In this document: piece by piece, positions 1-12,708 of the stretch
Layout: every line of letters begins with the position of its first letter
How positions within the stretch are numbered: position 1 is the first letter of the stretch
Source of the DNA: Gordius albopunctatus
Lineage: Eukaryota
Assembly: GCA_964276515.1 (NCBI GenBank)
Contig: OZ193909.1
Location: forward strand, 14,570,001 to 14,634,000
Reading direction: 5' to 3'
Length of the DNA stretch: 64,000 nt
Notes under the pieces: generated by a model
Told to the model about the DNA's origin: nothing
Databases searched by the model: none
What the model saw: only the letters and a program-made list of their open reading frames with translations
Translations under genes and position numbers: made by a program

Positions 1-2808
1 TTCATTTTGGCAGTTCAAAGTTATCAGGTTTTAAAACTTACCCAACACTTTTACCTTTTACTAATAATATGGCATGTCTTTTATTCCAACTTAATTTGTT
101 ATTGCAAATTTTGGGAAATCTAATATATATGACTAATTCCCAGGCAAACACTTGTAAGTGTTATTTGTATAATTATTAAAATAGTAAAGCTGTTTAATTA
201 TTTTATTAATTAAAGATTTTATATGCGGACATAGAGCAAAACCATATATCAAAAACTTTTTAATCTAACGTTTCTACTTTTCATAATTCAATCGAATGTT
301 TTTTGCTAGCAACAAATTGAGATTTCCAAAAGTAGTATATCCTATTTTAATATGGAAAGAGTCTATTTAATTGTAAGGTAGTTTGTAGTTTTTCAATGAA
401 TGTCAAAAAGGAAAAGAACCCTCGTGGGAAGGGGAGGAGGGGAAGGGAAGGGGGAACGAAACTCATCCATACTCCGTATAAAAGTAGCATATTTGCTATG
501 CAATTTATGGGCGATAAAGGTGGGAAGGGGCGAGAATGCCTATAGGGGGGTGGCTACGCCTCTGGTTTCTCACCTTTGTCTTTAAAAAGCAATTTAATCA
601 AAACAATTAGAAGCACATAACAAATTATAATTTTTAAATAGCTATGTTTAAAAGTAAAACTTTTTTAATTTAGTTACTATAATTCTTAAAAGGAATATTT
701 TATTGCATAAAAAATGTCCAAACCTTTAATACAATCCATATAAATATATTAATAAACCCTAATTTTGGATAGAGATCCATTTTCACATCATACTAATTAC
801 CAACTGTGCATGAGTAAGTTAGGTTTAGCTAAGTTAAATCAAAGGGTAAGAATAAAAATGTTGACTAGTGCCTCAAAAAGCGAACAGTAAGGCTAAATCT
901 TAATTTAAAACTTACTCTATGTGTAGTTCAAAAATTTTAAAATCTTCCAAAAATAGTTTTTTAAGGTTTTAAAAGGCCAAATATTCGAAATTAATATTTC
1001 CAGGAAGTAAAAATTATATACTGAGATTAAAATAAGTTGAGGAAAATATTAAAAACAAAATTAATATTTAAAAGCATATATTATTTAAAAGAATTTTCCG
1101 ATTGAAAATTTGAGTGGCTCCCAAATTGCGTTTAACAAGAAATTAAATAAATGATTCATATATATAGATTTTAATTTTAGAATATTATAAGTATAAATAA
1201 AATTGAATGTATATAATTAATTACTTTTAGGCATACTGTCCAATCCTAAATATTATTTTCACTATATTTATTTTAGCCGAACTTTTCGCAGTTATATGCG
1301 TGACGAGGCACGGGGCTAGAGCTATCATTCCGAAGTATGCATATGCATCGTATAATAAATCGGAACAAAGGTGGCCCTATGGATATGGAGGAATCACAAA
1401 TGTCGGAATTAATCAAAGCTATCAGCTAGGTACTATTATAAGGTCTAAATATTTTGGAAACCATGACCTTCACTTGGCTCCGGCACCATCTAATTTCAAT
1501 AGTCATTTGTTATCCACAAACTCAGATAGAACTATTACGAGCATGTTGGCCATCTTAATAGGAATCAGCAACAATGATCCTAAATATTCTTTAACTCAGG
1601 AGAATATGGATATTTTGGCTATAAACAAAACTCTACCTTATGAGTGGTCAGTCAAAATTCCTAATAATATGACAACTTTGTTAGAGTCCTGCTTTTTAAT
1701 GGGCAGCCTTAAAAATTGTAAAAAGCTGAGTCAAGGTATGCAACATATTTCTCGATCGAATAATAGTGAATACAATAATTTATTGATAAACCAAACAACT
1801 TTCTTACTTTCGCTAAAAAATTATACGAGCGAAGGTATCATAGACGATCGATTGCCTGCCAGGATATTTGAAGTGCTAAAAACCTTGAACGAAAATGGAA
1901 TGGGTTTGCCTGCGTGGGCCAATAAAACTATTTACACGAATTTGGCTCACTTAATGTTGTCTTACTACAATTACATCTCAAACAAGAGTCGCATGCTTGA
2001 TGACTTATTATATAATTTAGTTGAAGATATTAAATTAAAATTTAATAACAGTTTTAACCGAAGGACTAAAAATTTAGTTATTTACGTTGCTCACGATTAT
2101 CAAATTATTCATCTACTAAATTTTTATAATATAACGCTGGATGATACACCAAATGTGTCTTCCGCATTAATATTAGAATTGTGGAAAAGTCGATCTAATG
2201 CGTCCAAAGATGAAAGTGAAATCAAATTTTATTTTAAGCCTAATTATGACCATCCGGAATACGAAGCGAGAAGTTCTTTAAGTTTGGCAGCTTTTAACAG
2301 TCTTTCTTTAAGAAAGCCTTCATTTAATGACACACAAAGTTTTGTTAGTTATTGTAATAACGAATAATTTCAATTTAGGATATTTACGATATACGATTTT
2401 TTAACATATCTCTTTCTTCATTTATTTTATTAATTATTTTTGATCAAAATGTAATAAAACCCCATCATTGTACTTATGTAAAATTATGTCTTAGTTGTTT
2501 TATCATTAATAAATAGTTATAATTCATTATACAATTATTTAACGAACAAAAGATTTTGGGAACTTCAACTACTCCAGCAATAACTAAGAGGCTGGTTAAA
2601 ACATGTTCAGGTAACATAATATTAATCACTATAAAACCTCTTAGCATGGAAACAGGATTCAATTTAATATTAACGAATAGATATTGAGCATAAATCAGCT
2701 AGGATAAAAATATTTTAAACATATTTTATTTTTTTGTTTAATACTCATAAAAGCGTTATATTAAAAACATGGTAAACTATTTTTACACTAATCATAAATC
2801 ATGTTATA
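1..2808 (+). repeat. Segmental tandem duplication, unit 1 (starts before the window)
   Basis: Sequence from 1 (ttcattttggcagttcaaa) recurs from 5623; homology ends at atcatgttata (2808 vs 9981). Confidence 0.9.
1231..2367 (+). CDS. Histidine acid phosphatase (branch-2, lysosomal/prostatic-like), copy 1; probably secreted; 5' exon/ATG not located
   Basis: RHGxR catalytic motif (ELFAVICVTRHGAR) and HD motif (YVAHD). The frame is open upstream of 1300 to a TTTTAG acceptor ending at 1230 and gives a hydrophobic PILNIIFTIFILA leader. Many N-x-S/T sequons. Confidence 0.85.
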   Translation, partial: AYCPILNIIFTIFILAELFAVICVTRHGARAIIPKYAYASYNKSEQRWPYGYGGITNVGINQSYQLGTIIRSKYFGNHDLHLAPAPSNFNSHLLSTNSDRTITSMLAILIGISNNDPKYSLTQENMDILAINKTLPYEWSVKIPNNMTTLLESCFLMGSLKNCKKLSQGMQHISRSNNSEYNNLLINQTTFLLSLKNYTSEGIIDDRLPARIFEVLKTLNENGMGLPAWANKTIYTNLAHLMLSYYNYISNKSRMLDDLLYNLVEDIKLKFNNSFNRRTKNLVIYVAHDYQIIHLLNFYNITLDDTPNVSSALILELWKSRSNASKDESEIKFYFKPNYDHPEYEARSSLSLAAFNSLSLRKPSFNDTQSFVSYCNNE

Positions 2809-4043
2809 TTGGCTAGCTATTTAGCCGTCTGTTGACCATTTGAAAATATGACCACTGGCCAAAGTGAGATTAAAATCGATTTTTTTCTATATTATAAGTA
2901 TAGGCTATCTATTTGGCCGTCTGCTGACCAATGGAAAAAATAACCACTGGCCTGTTGTATCCTCAGGAGTTAAGGGGGCCCACCCTAATAAGTTATCACA
3001 GGTGTATTAAAAGTTGGGAATGTTCGTATACAAAGGATTGAATAAGGCATCCTTTAATTATTTATTACCAATGTATTTAAAGAGGGGAATGTTCTAGGTG
3101 GGGTAGCTGTCAAGATTAAAAGATGGGAATGTTCTAGTTGGGGTAAATATTAAGATTAATGGGCATAGTTAAGGTTGGAAATTTTCCACTTGGGTTGACC
3201 ATTAAGATCAACGTACTTGAAAATAAGTTGGATGAATAGTTTAGTATAGCGGTATGTAAGATGGGAATGCGTAAGTTTATTAACATTAAGATTAATGGGC
3301 TAGGAAGTAAGTTTGGATGAGTTGAAAATAAGGCCGGGGTTAGTTTAATAGCTATTCCTTTTTAAGATAGGTAGGGATAATAGAAAATAAGCAAATAGAG
3401 CAACGACCTCAGGAGGTTAAGGAACCCTGTCATTAAAAAACCCATGTATCCCGTTAAAATTCATTAATTATTTTTCCTTGCTATTTTTCCCGCGCCGTCT
3501 TAATAATCTGATTACCCCAAATTTATCCGTGGAGCTGTATCACTGTATCCCCTATAACCTTTTGAACCGCCACTCAAGCACCTTGAATTACCGGAAAGAC
3601 TTTTCCCGCTGAAACATTTCGTGACATATATTGACTATAAAGATTGAATAAAATCCTAGAATTTGCCTATTGTCGACTGATATAACACCAAAAAAATTCT
3701 TGAACGTGCTTATTGTCAATTCAGATATAAATGAAATAAATCCTTGAGTAAGCCTATTGTCAACCTAACAGCAGACTAATAAATCCCGCAAACTTAATCA
3801 CAAGAACGAGCGTTTACGACTAAAGACTCGAGCTAGCCGCTAAAACCCTTTGGAAATATAGCCCCAAACCAAACAACAAACGTAACAGAAGCCAAGAATT
3901 GGAAATTTTTTCAGTTTTGTTAATAATTGATCCTTATGTATTTACACGCTTTTTGACCTGCTGACCAATGGAAAAAATCACTGGCCAAAGTGTCTATCGA
4001 AATTTTTTATTCTATTTTTTGACCTTATATAATTTCTTTCCGA

Positions 4044-5053
4044 CGTCTCACCGCACCCCACACCCCTTAAAAGGTTCTTTATATTTATCGTTTCACAAAT
4101 TGGTTTGCCCCGTCCCTTTTTGATAATAAAACCGGAACACCTTTGCCACAAACCTCACGACAAAAAGATTGGGATGCCGGAATTGTGTTGCGCTCCGTTG
4201 ATTATCTAATTTCGAGTAGCGATGCAAGTCAGTGTTCTAATTTAAGGTCGTTTTTGTTTGATGGCTCAGGTCACGAATGGCTAGAGGTCTACCCAAGCTG
4301 TCTCACCGGGATGATGCTGGAGGACTCGGAACTTTCCTACTCCATAGCTCTCAGGCTAGGGGTGAAATTTTCAAAGCCATTTATTTGCCGAAATTGCAGC
4401 ATACTCGTAGACGAACAAGCCAGGCATCCCTTACACTGCCTGGCAAACAAATTTAAATATGTTAGGCACAATAAGGCCAATACCTTAATTCAAAGTGCAT
4501 TGAAGAGAGCAAATATCCCATCCATCTTGGAGCCATCGGACCCCTCCTTGGAGGGACGTATGCGTCCTGATGGATCTTCTTTAATCCCATGGAGCAATGG
4601 TCTTCACCTTAAATGGGACTTCACGTGTATTGACCTATTTGCCCCCTCTAACTACAACAATGATTCTTTAGCTGTCGCAGAGGGGCGGAAAGCTAATAAA
4701 TACAAAGCCCTATTATCCTCAAACATTTTTATTCCATTGGTTGCTTCGTGTTCAGGCACCTTTGGCAAACAGGCCTTGGCCTTTTTTAAAGAGGTAGGAA
4801 GACGTTCTCCCCCGTCTAAACATTCGGTATCCTTTTTACTTAAACAACGACTTGGTATTCTTATAGCCAAGTACAATTTTAAATCGTTCGCGGATTCTTG
4901 GCCCATTTTGGAAGATCCCCTCGATGATGATATATTAGAATAGTGTATTATTTTATTTGACGCATTTTGTCTTTTATATTTTATGTATTTATATTAGATT
5001 ACTGTCGACGGATTTTTAACAAATAAACTTTTTAATATTAAAAAAAAACAAAC
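4044..5053 (+). mobile_element. 5'-truncated non-LTR retrotransposon, RLE type (CRE-like); C-terminal zinc knuckle plus restriction-like endonuclease
   Basis: ORF 4143-4943 has LRLG, CRNC...H...C, RHN, EP, RPDG...WD and K..KY motifs. It is followed by an AT-rich 3' UTR, AATAAA and an A-rich tail near 5040-5053. The 5' boundary is approximate. Confidence 0.8.
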
Positions 5054-6049
5054 AGATGACTTAGTTTTTTCAATACAAATATTAAAAAGGCTAGATTTTT
5101 GTAAAAATTGCTATAAAACATTTATTAATACTTAAATTATTAATATTCAAATAGTATATTTAAAAAAAAACTATAACGTTGTACGAGTATTATCTGACTC
5201 CCTGCTTAGCCATTGCCCCCCTACCATAGGCATTATCGCCCCTTCCCACCTTTCTCGCCCATAAATTGCATCGCAAATAGGCTACGTTTATACGTATGGA
5301 AGAGTTTCGTAAAAACAATACCCCAAAATAGGCAAATGTACCAAAACGAAAAACCGAACACCAAGTCAGACTCTCGGCCGAGTGTTGGGGGCGGAGCCCT
5401 TAACGCCCCTCCTCCTTTCCTCCTTCCCTCCTGCCCCCCCCCCCACACCAGCAGGTGGGGCAGCCGCCTCTCCTGCCTTCCTCCTGGCTACGCCCATGTA
5501 CTTTATTGAGAAAATGGGCCTATGAACATAAGATCCTTTTTAGGCGCATTGTTTACAATTATAAATTATATAAAATTAAGAAATGTTAATAACAAACTGT
5601 TAACATAAACAAGCTAACGCAATTCATTTTGGCAGTTCAAATTTATCAGGTTTTAAAACTTACCCAACACTTTTACCTTTTACTAATAATATGGCATATT
5701 TTTCATTCCATCTTTATTTGTTCTTGCAAATTTTGGGAAACCTAATATATATGACTAATTCCCAGGCAAACACTTGTAAGTGTTATTTGTATAATTATTA
5801 AAATAGTAAAGTTGTTTAATTATTTTAATTAAAGATTTTATATGCGGACATAGAGCAAAACCATATATCAAAAACTTTTAAATCTAACGTTTCTTCTTTT
5901 CATAATTCAATCGAATGTTTTTTGCTAGCAACAAATTGAGTTTTCCAAAAGTAGTATATCATATTTTAATATGCAAAGAGTCTTTTAATTGTAAGGTAGT
6001 TTGTAGTTTTTCCAATGATGTCAAAAAGGAAATGATCTGATAATAAATA

Positions 6050-6560
6050 AAAACTCGGGCCTTTGACCCTCGTGGGAAGGGGAAAGGGGAAGTGGGAGGA
6101 GGGGAAGGGGATGAGGGGAAGGGAAGGGGGAACGAAACTCATCTATACTCCGTATAAAAGTAGCATATTTGCTATGCAATTTATGGGCGATAAAGATGGG
6201 AAGGGGCGAGAATGCCTATAGGGGGGTAATAAATGCAAAATGATTAGTTAATTATTTATACAAATTTTCCATCACTTTTAGCAGTGGTAATCTTTTCTAA
6301 TGGTTAGAAGACAGCCAAATAACTAGCCTTTAATTATAATTAAGAAAAAAAATCGATTTTAATCTCACTTTGGCAAGTGGTCATTTTCTCTATTGGTCAA
6401 TAGGCAGGACACGGTCAAAAAATTATATTATCAATGGTATTAACAAGAACAATATATTAATTATATTTAAAAAAAAATTTGCCCCCTCCGGGTATCGAAC
6501 CAGCAATTAAGAACTTTGGACAGACAAAAAAAAAGCGAGCCCATAAATTGCATAGCAATT
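6050..6560 (-). mobile_element. DINE-1/HINE-like (Helentron-associated) non-autonomous element, short copy
   Basis: Terminal CCCATAAATTGCATAGCAATT (6541-6560), inverted subterminal TTGCTATGCAATTTATGGG near 6170, GC hairpin (ctcgggcc...cctcg) at the opposite end. Confidence 0.65.
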
Positions 6561-6733
6561 CAAAATCGATCGGCAGTCATTAAATACATAAAAACAACTA
6601 ACGTTTTCTCACATGGTTGTATCCAGCATTGGAATTAGAAATGGGCAATCGCCGCTCCCTGTCCCCCCTGGCTACGCCCATGGTTTCTCGCCTTTATCTC
6701 TAAAAAAGCAATTTAATCAAAACAATTAAAAAC

Positions 6734-7536
6734 TAGTGCTGTAAACATTTGTAAAAAAATCGAACGCGTTCGCGTTCAACGTTCATTGACAAAAATCGAA
6801 CGCGTTCCCGTTCACGTTCGTCTAAAAAGAAAAGGAACGCGTTCACGTTCGTTCAAAATTTTATGATACATTTTTTTAAAGTTTAATTTAATATAAATAA
6901 ATGTCTTATATTTTTTAATACAATAAATAGCCATGATAAAAATAATAGTTTTATTTCGACAATATAATTATAAATCAATATAATCTATTTTCTTATTTAT
7001 TTTTAATAATAATTGTTTTTCAAAATTGTCTTCTGATAAGCAGGAACGCTTGGCAGTTAATACAGCATTAGCTATACTAAAAACCTGCTCCACAGGGGCA
7101 GATGAGGGGATTGGAGTATTATACTTAACAAAAATTCATCTGCTGATTTTGAATATTCAGAATCTGAAGATGACGACGATATAATATTATGATTGTCCAT
7201 ATTAACCTATAAATTAAACTATAATTAATAATATCAAACTAATTAACTTTAATCTTATCTTCTTTTGCACGTTATAGTATGTTAAAAGTATTTCGGAATT
7301 GGTAATAGGAAACAGGAAAAACAGCTGATTAAAAAATATAATACTTTTTTGTTAAAAATGTGGATTGACCTTAATTTTCAAATAAATAAAAACAAAAAAG
7401 GGTTTTTAAAATTGAACGAACGTTAAATTCGAACGCGTTCATCAAAAAAGGAAAGCGTTCACGTTCAAAGTTCACCAAAAAATAAAAGAACGCCGTTCAT
7501 GAACGCGTTCATAAAATTTGAACGCGTACAGCACTA
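6734..7536 (-). mobile_element. hAT non-autonomous element with transposase C-terminal remnant
   Basis: TIR TAGTGCTGTA...TACAGCACTA; 8-bp TSD TTAAAAAC (6726-6733, 7537-7544); subterminal GAACGCGTTC repeats; minus strand reads PIPSSAPVEQVFSIANAVLTAKRSCLSEDNFEKQLLLK (hAT dimerisation motif). Confidence 0.9.
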
Positions 7537-8371
7537 TTAAAAACACATAACAAATTTATAATTTTTAAATAGGTATGTTTAAAAGTAGAACTTTTTTAAT
7601 TTAGTTACTATAATTCTTAAAAGGAATATTTTATTGCATAAAAAATGTTCAAACCTTTAATACAATCCATATAAATATTTTAATAAACCCTAATTTTGGA
7701 TAGAGATACATTTTCACAATTACTAACTGTGCATGAGTAAGTTAGGTTTAGCTAAGTTAGATCAAAGGGTAAGAATATACATGTTGATTAATTTCAAAAC
7801 ATGCCCAATTAGTGCCTCAAAAAGCTAAGAGTAAGGCTAGATGTTACTTTAAAACTGACTGTATGTGTAGTTCCAGCTCAATCGATGTGTATAAAAATTT
7901 TAAAATCTTCTAAGATATAATTTTTGATGCATAAAACGGCCAAATAGTCGAAATGAATATTTCCAGGAGGTAAAAATTATATACTGAGATTAAAATAAGT
8001 TAAGGAAAATATAAAATAATAAAATAATAGCATATATTATTTAAGGGGATAAATCTTAATTTTGAAAAGCTTGATGATATTGCAAAAGTAGTCATAATCT
8101 TAGACTCGAACCGAAGATTCGAAATTAATAAAAGGTCTTTTTGATTGCAATCTATTTTAATTAAAAAATGGTATTAGTTGTTGTAAACTTGAAATTAATA
8201 AAACAATAAATAAATAAAATCATATCTTTATTTTTAATTGCTAATTTAAAAATCATATATTTATTAAAGAAGTATTACAATTAATCTTATAAAATAAAAT
8301 TTAAACTAATAATCGGATAGATGAAAAGGTATTATAAATAAAATTGAATGTATATAAGTAATTACTTTTAG

Positions 8372-9508
8372 GCATACTGCCCAATCCTGAATATTATTTT
8401 CACTATATTTATTTTAGCCGAACTTCTAGCAGTTATATGCGTGACGAGGCACGGGGCCAGAGCTATCATTCCGAAGTATGCATATGCATTCTATAATTTA
8501 TCGGAACAAAGGTGGCCTTATGGATATGGACAAATCACAAATGTCGGAATTAATCAAAGCTATCAGCTAGGTACTATTATAAGGTCTAAATATTTTGGGC
8601 ACCATGACCTTCACTTGGCTCCGGCACCATCTAATTTAAATACTCATTTGTTATCCACAAACTCAAACAGAACTATTACGAGCATGTTGGCCATCTTAAT
8701 CGGAATCAGCAACAATGATTCCGACTATGTTTTAACTCAGGACCATATGAATATATTGGCTAGAAGCAAAACATTACCCTATGAGTGGTCAGTCAAAATA
8801 CCTAATAATATGACAACTTTGTTAGAGTCCTGGTTTTTAAAGGGCACCCTTACAAATTGTAGAAAACTGTATCAAAGTATGCAGCACAATTTCCGATCGA
8901 ATAATAGTTTATACAACAAATTATTGATAAACCAAACGGCTTTCTTGCTTTCCCTACAAAATCATACGGGTCAAGGTATCCAAGACTATGAATTGCCTGA
9001 TAGGACATTTGAGGTGCTAAAAACCTTGAAAGAAAATGGGATAAGTTTGCCTGCGTGGGTGAATCAAAGTATTTACACTAAATTGGCTCACTTAACGTTA
9101 TCCTTCTTCAATTACAACTCAAACGAGAGTCACACGCTTGATGACTTATTATATCATTTAGTTCAAGATATTAAATCCAAATTTAATAACAGTTTCAACC
9201 AAAGGACTAAAAATTTATATATCTACGTTGCTCACGATTATCAAATTAGTAGCCTACTTCATTTTTATAATATAACACTGGATGATACACCAAATGTGTC
9301 TTCTGCATTAATATTAGAATTGTGGAAAAGTCGATCTAATACGTCCAAAGATGAAAGTGAAATCAAATTTTATTTTAAGCCTAATTATGACCATCCAGAA
9401 TACGAAGCGAGAAGTTCTTTAAGTTTGGCAGCGTTTAACAGTCTTTCTTTAAGAAAGCCTTCATTTAATGACACACCAAGTTTTGTTAGTTATTGTAATA
9501 ACGAATAA
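8372..9508 (+). CDS. Histidine acid phosphatase, copy 2 (tandem paralog)
   Basis: Colinear 355-aa ORF with the same RHGAR and YVAHD motifs and the same upstream TTTTAG|GCATAC acceptor context. Confidence 0.85.
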   Translation, partial: AYCPILNIIFTIFILAELLAVICVTRHGARAIIPKYAYAFYNLSEQRWPYGYGQITNVGINQSYQLGTIIRSKYFGHHDLHLAPAPSNLNTHLLSTNSNRTITSMLAILIGISNNDSDYVLTQDHMNILARSKTLPYEWSVKIPNNMTTLLESWFLKGTLTNCRKLYQSMQHNFRSNNSLYNKLLINQTAFLLSLQNHTGQGIQDYELPDRTFEVLKTLKENGISLPAWVNQSIYTKLAHLTLSFFNYNSNESHTLDDLLYHLVQDIKSKFNNSFNQRTKNLYIYVAHDYQISSLLHFYNITLDDTPNVSSALILELWKSRSNTSKDESEIKFYFKPNYDHPEYEARSSLSLAAFNSLSLRKPSFNDTPSFVSYCNNE

Positions 9509-10251
9509 TTTCAATTTATGCTATTTACGATGTACGATTTTTTAATATATGTCTTCATTTATTTTATTAATTATTTTTAATCAAATTGTAACAAAACCCC
9601 ATCATTGTACTTATGTAAAATTATGTCTTAGTTGTTTTATCATTAATAAATAGTTATAATTAATTATACAATTATTTAACGAACAAAAGATTTTGGGAAC
9701 TTCAACTACTCCAGCAATAACTAAGCGACTGGTTAAAAAATGTTCAGGTAACATAATATTAATAACTATAAAACCTCTTAGCATGGAAACAGGATTTAAT
9801 TTAATATTAACGAATAGATATGACTTTTTGACCGAGATATTGCGCATAAATCAGCTAGGATAAAAAATATTTTAAACATCTCAAGGGAAGATTTCTTTGA
9901 CGACAATCAACTGGGTAGAATAGTAGCGTTATATTAAAAACATGGTAAACTATTTTTACACTAATCATAAATCATGTTATACCTTTAATTTTCATAAATT
10001 TTATAGTTTTCTTTTATAAAGTTACTTTATAAATCAATAAATAAAATATTTTTATAAGTAAAATGTGTAGGTAAAAATTTTATCCGCCATTACATGGACA
10101 TGCTATTACTCTAGAACCCGGTTCAGGGCATACATAAGTGCTTTGGCTATCATAACATATCTTGCTAGTATGCCCAAAGGTTGGCAAATCACATGTATCA
10201 GGACAGGGATCGTAGCCCGACCAACTAACTCTGCATTCTAACAAATCTTTC

Positions 10252-12708
10252 AATTGCTATGCAATTTATGGGCTCGTTTTTTGTTGTCCGTCCGTCGTCC
10301 GTCGTCCACCAAGTTATTTAGAACGGTTTCCTAACCCGGAGGTTCGTGTTCAATCCCCGCAGAGGACAAAAATCTTTTTTTAATTAAATTAATATATTGT
10401 TCTTGTTAATACCATTGATAATATGACTTTTTGACCTTCCGCTGGGTGCTGGCCAATAAAAAAAATTACCATTGGCCAAATAAATCGATTTTTTTTTCAT
10501 TTTTCAATTGGGTAATAACATTGATAATTACCCTATGCCCTCCACTAAAAGTGCCTATGCCTCTACTGATAGTGTTCTGGCTACTGCCCAATGAAAAAAG
10601 GACCATTGGCCAAATTGTGATTCGAAAATTTTTTTCCCGTTTTTGCATTGGTTAACATTGATAATGACTCCATGGCCTCTCCTACAAGGGCCTATGCCTA
10701 TACTGATACGGGTCCCTGTGCCCTACAAAGGCTTATGCCTCTACTGATGCGGGTTCGAATCCCGGAGAGGGAAAATTTTTTATTTTTTTTTAAATTAAAT
10801 TAATATATTGTTCTTGTTAATACCATTGATAATATGACTTTTTGGTCGTCCGCTGGCTGCTGACCATTGAAAAAAATGACCATTGGCCAAAATGTGAATC
10901 TAATTTTTTTTTTCGTTTTTTTGACTCGTGTGTATTTATAGACCGTCTCTGGATACTGACCAATTGAAAAAAATGACCATTGGTTAAAATGTGATTTGAA
11001 TTTTTCTTGTTTTTTTTTGACTCATATGTATTTATAAAGCGTCTCTTGGTACTGATCAATGGATAAAAATGACCATTGGCCAAATTGTGATCTGAAATTT
11101 TTTTTTCGTCTCTTATGTATTTATATCCTTTTTGATCGTGTCCTGGCTACTGTCCAATGAAAAAATGACCATCGGCCAAATTGTATTTATTTCGTTGATT
11201 GGGGCGGCATCTAATAAGTTGAGCAGGAAACTTAGTTACGAATGGTAAAAAAATTTCATTTCCTTGTCATGTGTCAATAAGAAATCAATTTAAATTACAT
11301 GAAAATATATTTTGTACTTTATCAAAAAATATGCTTCTGAAATTCATCCCCACCCCCTTTAAATTCAAAATTTTGTTAAAATTCATTAAAAGTACGGCAG
11401 GCCGAAAATTTCTGCAACATTAATGTAATTCATTCTATATATATTCGTAAATTCTAGCAACTTTCACTAGTTAAAAAAGATATTTGTTTGATTAAGAGTT
11501 TTTAGACTATTTTGTTAATTATCACATAATTAACTAAATTATTTGGGCACATTGAGTATTTATACAACTTGCAATCTTCCTTTAAATCTGCAGACACTTA
11601 GAAATAGTATTTTATGCTATCTTAAACTTTTATAATTTAAGCACTCCCCACCCCACTACCCCTCGGTATTGTATCTTGATTGGTAGGAAACGAGATGGGT
11701 ATAACTAATATTATCGATAAAAATCAATAATTCTAATCAATAAATATTATGCGATTAGATAGTTTTGAAATCGAATTTATGGGTGAGGGAGAGGGGAAGT
11801 GTATTTAAAATGTTTTACTTAAATGCTATGCAATAAAAATGTCCCATAGCTAATAATATTATTATTAATGGCATTTACTTATTAATTGCTATTTTTCGAT
11901 ATTAGTTATTTGGCTATAATTTCAAATATGACCCATTTTACATTTGTTGTAAAGTTCCTATATTTCATACATGGGTATAGCCAAGGGGGTAGAGAGGGGT
12001 GGTTGCTTTCCTCTAAATCCAAAAATTTTCTAAAATTCCAAAAAATAATTATCATTTTGCCCTTCCCTAAATCATTATTTCAATATCTATATAAATAACA
12101 TAAAAGCTTCTACCATTTTAATACCAGCATGGAGTGAGGGGTTATAGCGAACGCCTTGTAAATAGGAGGTTTGAGTTCAACCCGGGAGAGGACCATTTTT
12201 TTTAAATTAAATTTTAATATTTATTATTCTTGTTAATACCATTGATAATATGACTTTGTGACTTTCCGCTGGCTACTTACCAATGAAAAAAATGACCATT
12301 GGCCAAATTGTGATCGAAATTATAATTTTAGTTTTTGAATTGGTTATCATTGATAATTACCCTATGCCCTCCCGTACAGGGACCTATGCCTCTATTTATA
12401 CGGTTCCCTGTGCCCCTACAAAAGCCTATGCCTCTATTAATGTGGGTTCGAATCCTGGAGAGGGCAAATTTTTTTTAATTAAATGGAATATTTGTATAAA
12501 TAATTAACTAATAATTTTGCATTTAATACCCCCCTATAGGCATTCTTGCCCCTTCCCATCTTTCTCGCCCATAAATTGCATAGCAAATATGCTACGTTTA
12601 TACGAAGTATAGATGAGTTCCGTTCCCCCTTCCCTTCCCCCTTCCCATCACCACTTCCCATCACCCCTTCCCTTCCCCCCTTCCCACGAGGCCCGAAGGC
12701 CCGAGTTT
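10252..12708 (+). mobile_element. DINE-1/HINE-like composite element with internal tandem repeats; unrelated DNA at about 11190-12130, so possibly two partial copies
   Basis: 5' AATTGCTATGCAATTTATGGG followed by a GTCC microsatellite; arrays of GACCATTGGCCAAA(T/G)TGTGA units; inverted CCCATAAATTGCATAGCAA near 12568; 3' GC-rich hairpin-like end (gaggcccgaaggcccgag) then TTT. Confidence 0.65.

Larger units (their letters stand above)
5623..9981 (+). repeat. Segmental tandem duplication, unit 2 (with extra TE sequence)
   Basis: Colinear with 1-2808, plus a longer HINE-like copy at 6050-6560 and a hAT MITE at 6734-7536. Confidence 0.9.

Noticed and set aside
12125..12200. Possible tRNA gene (A/B-box-like sequence)
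   Set aside because: No consistent cloverleaf; the motif recurs as part of the HINE-like repeat.
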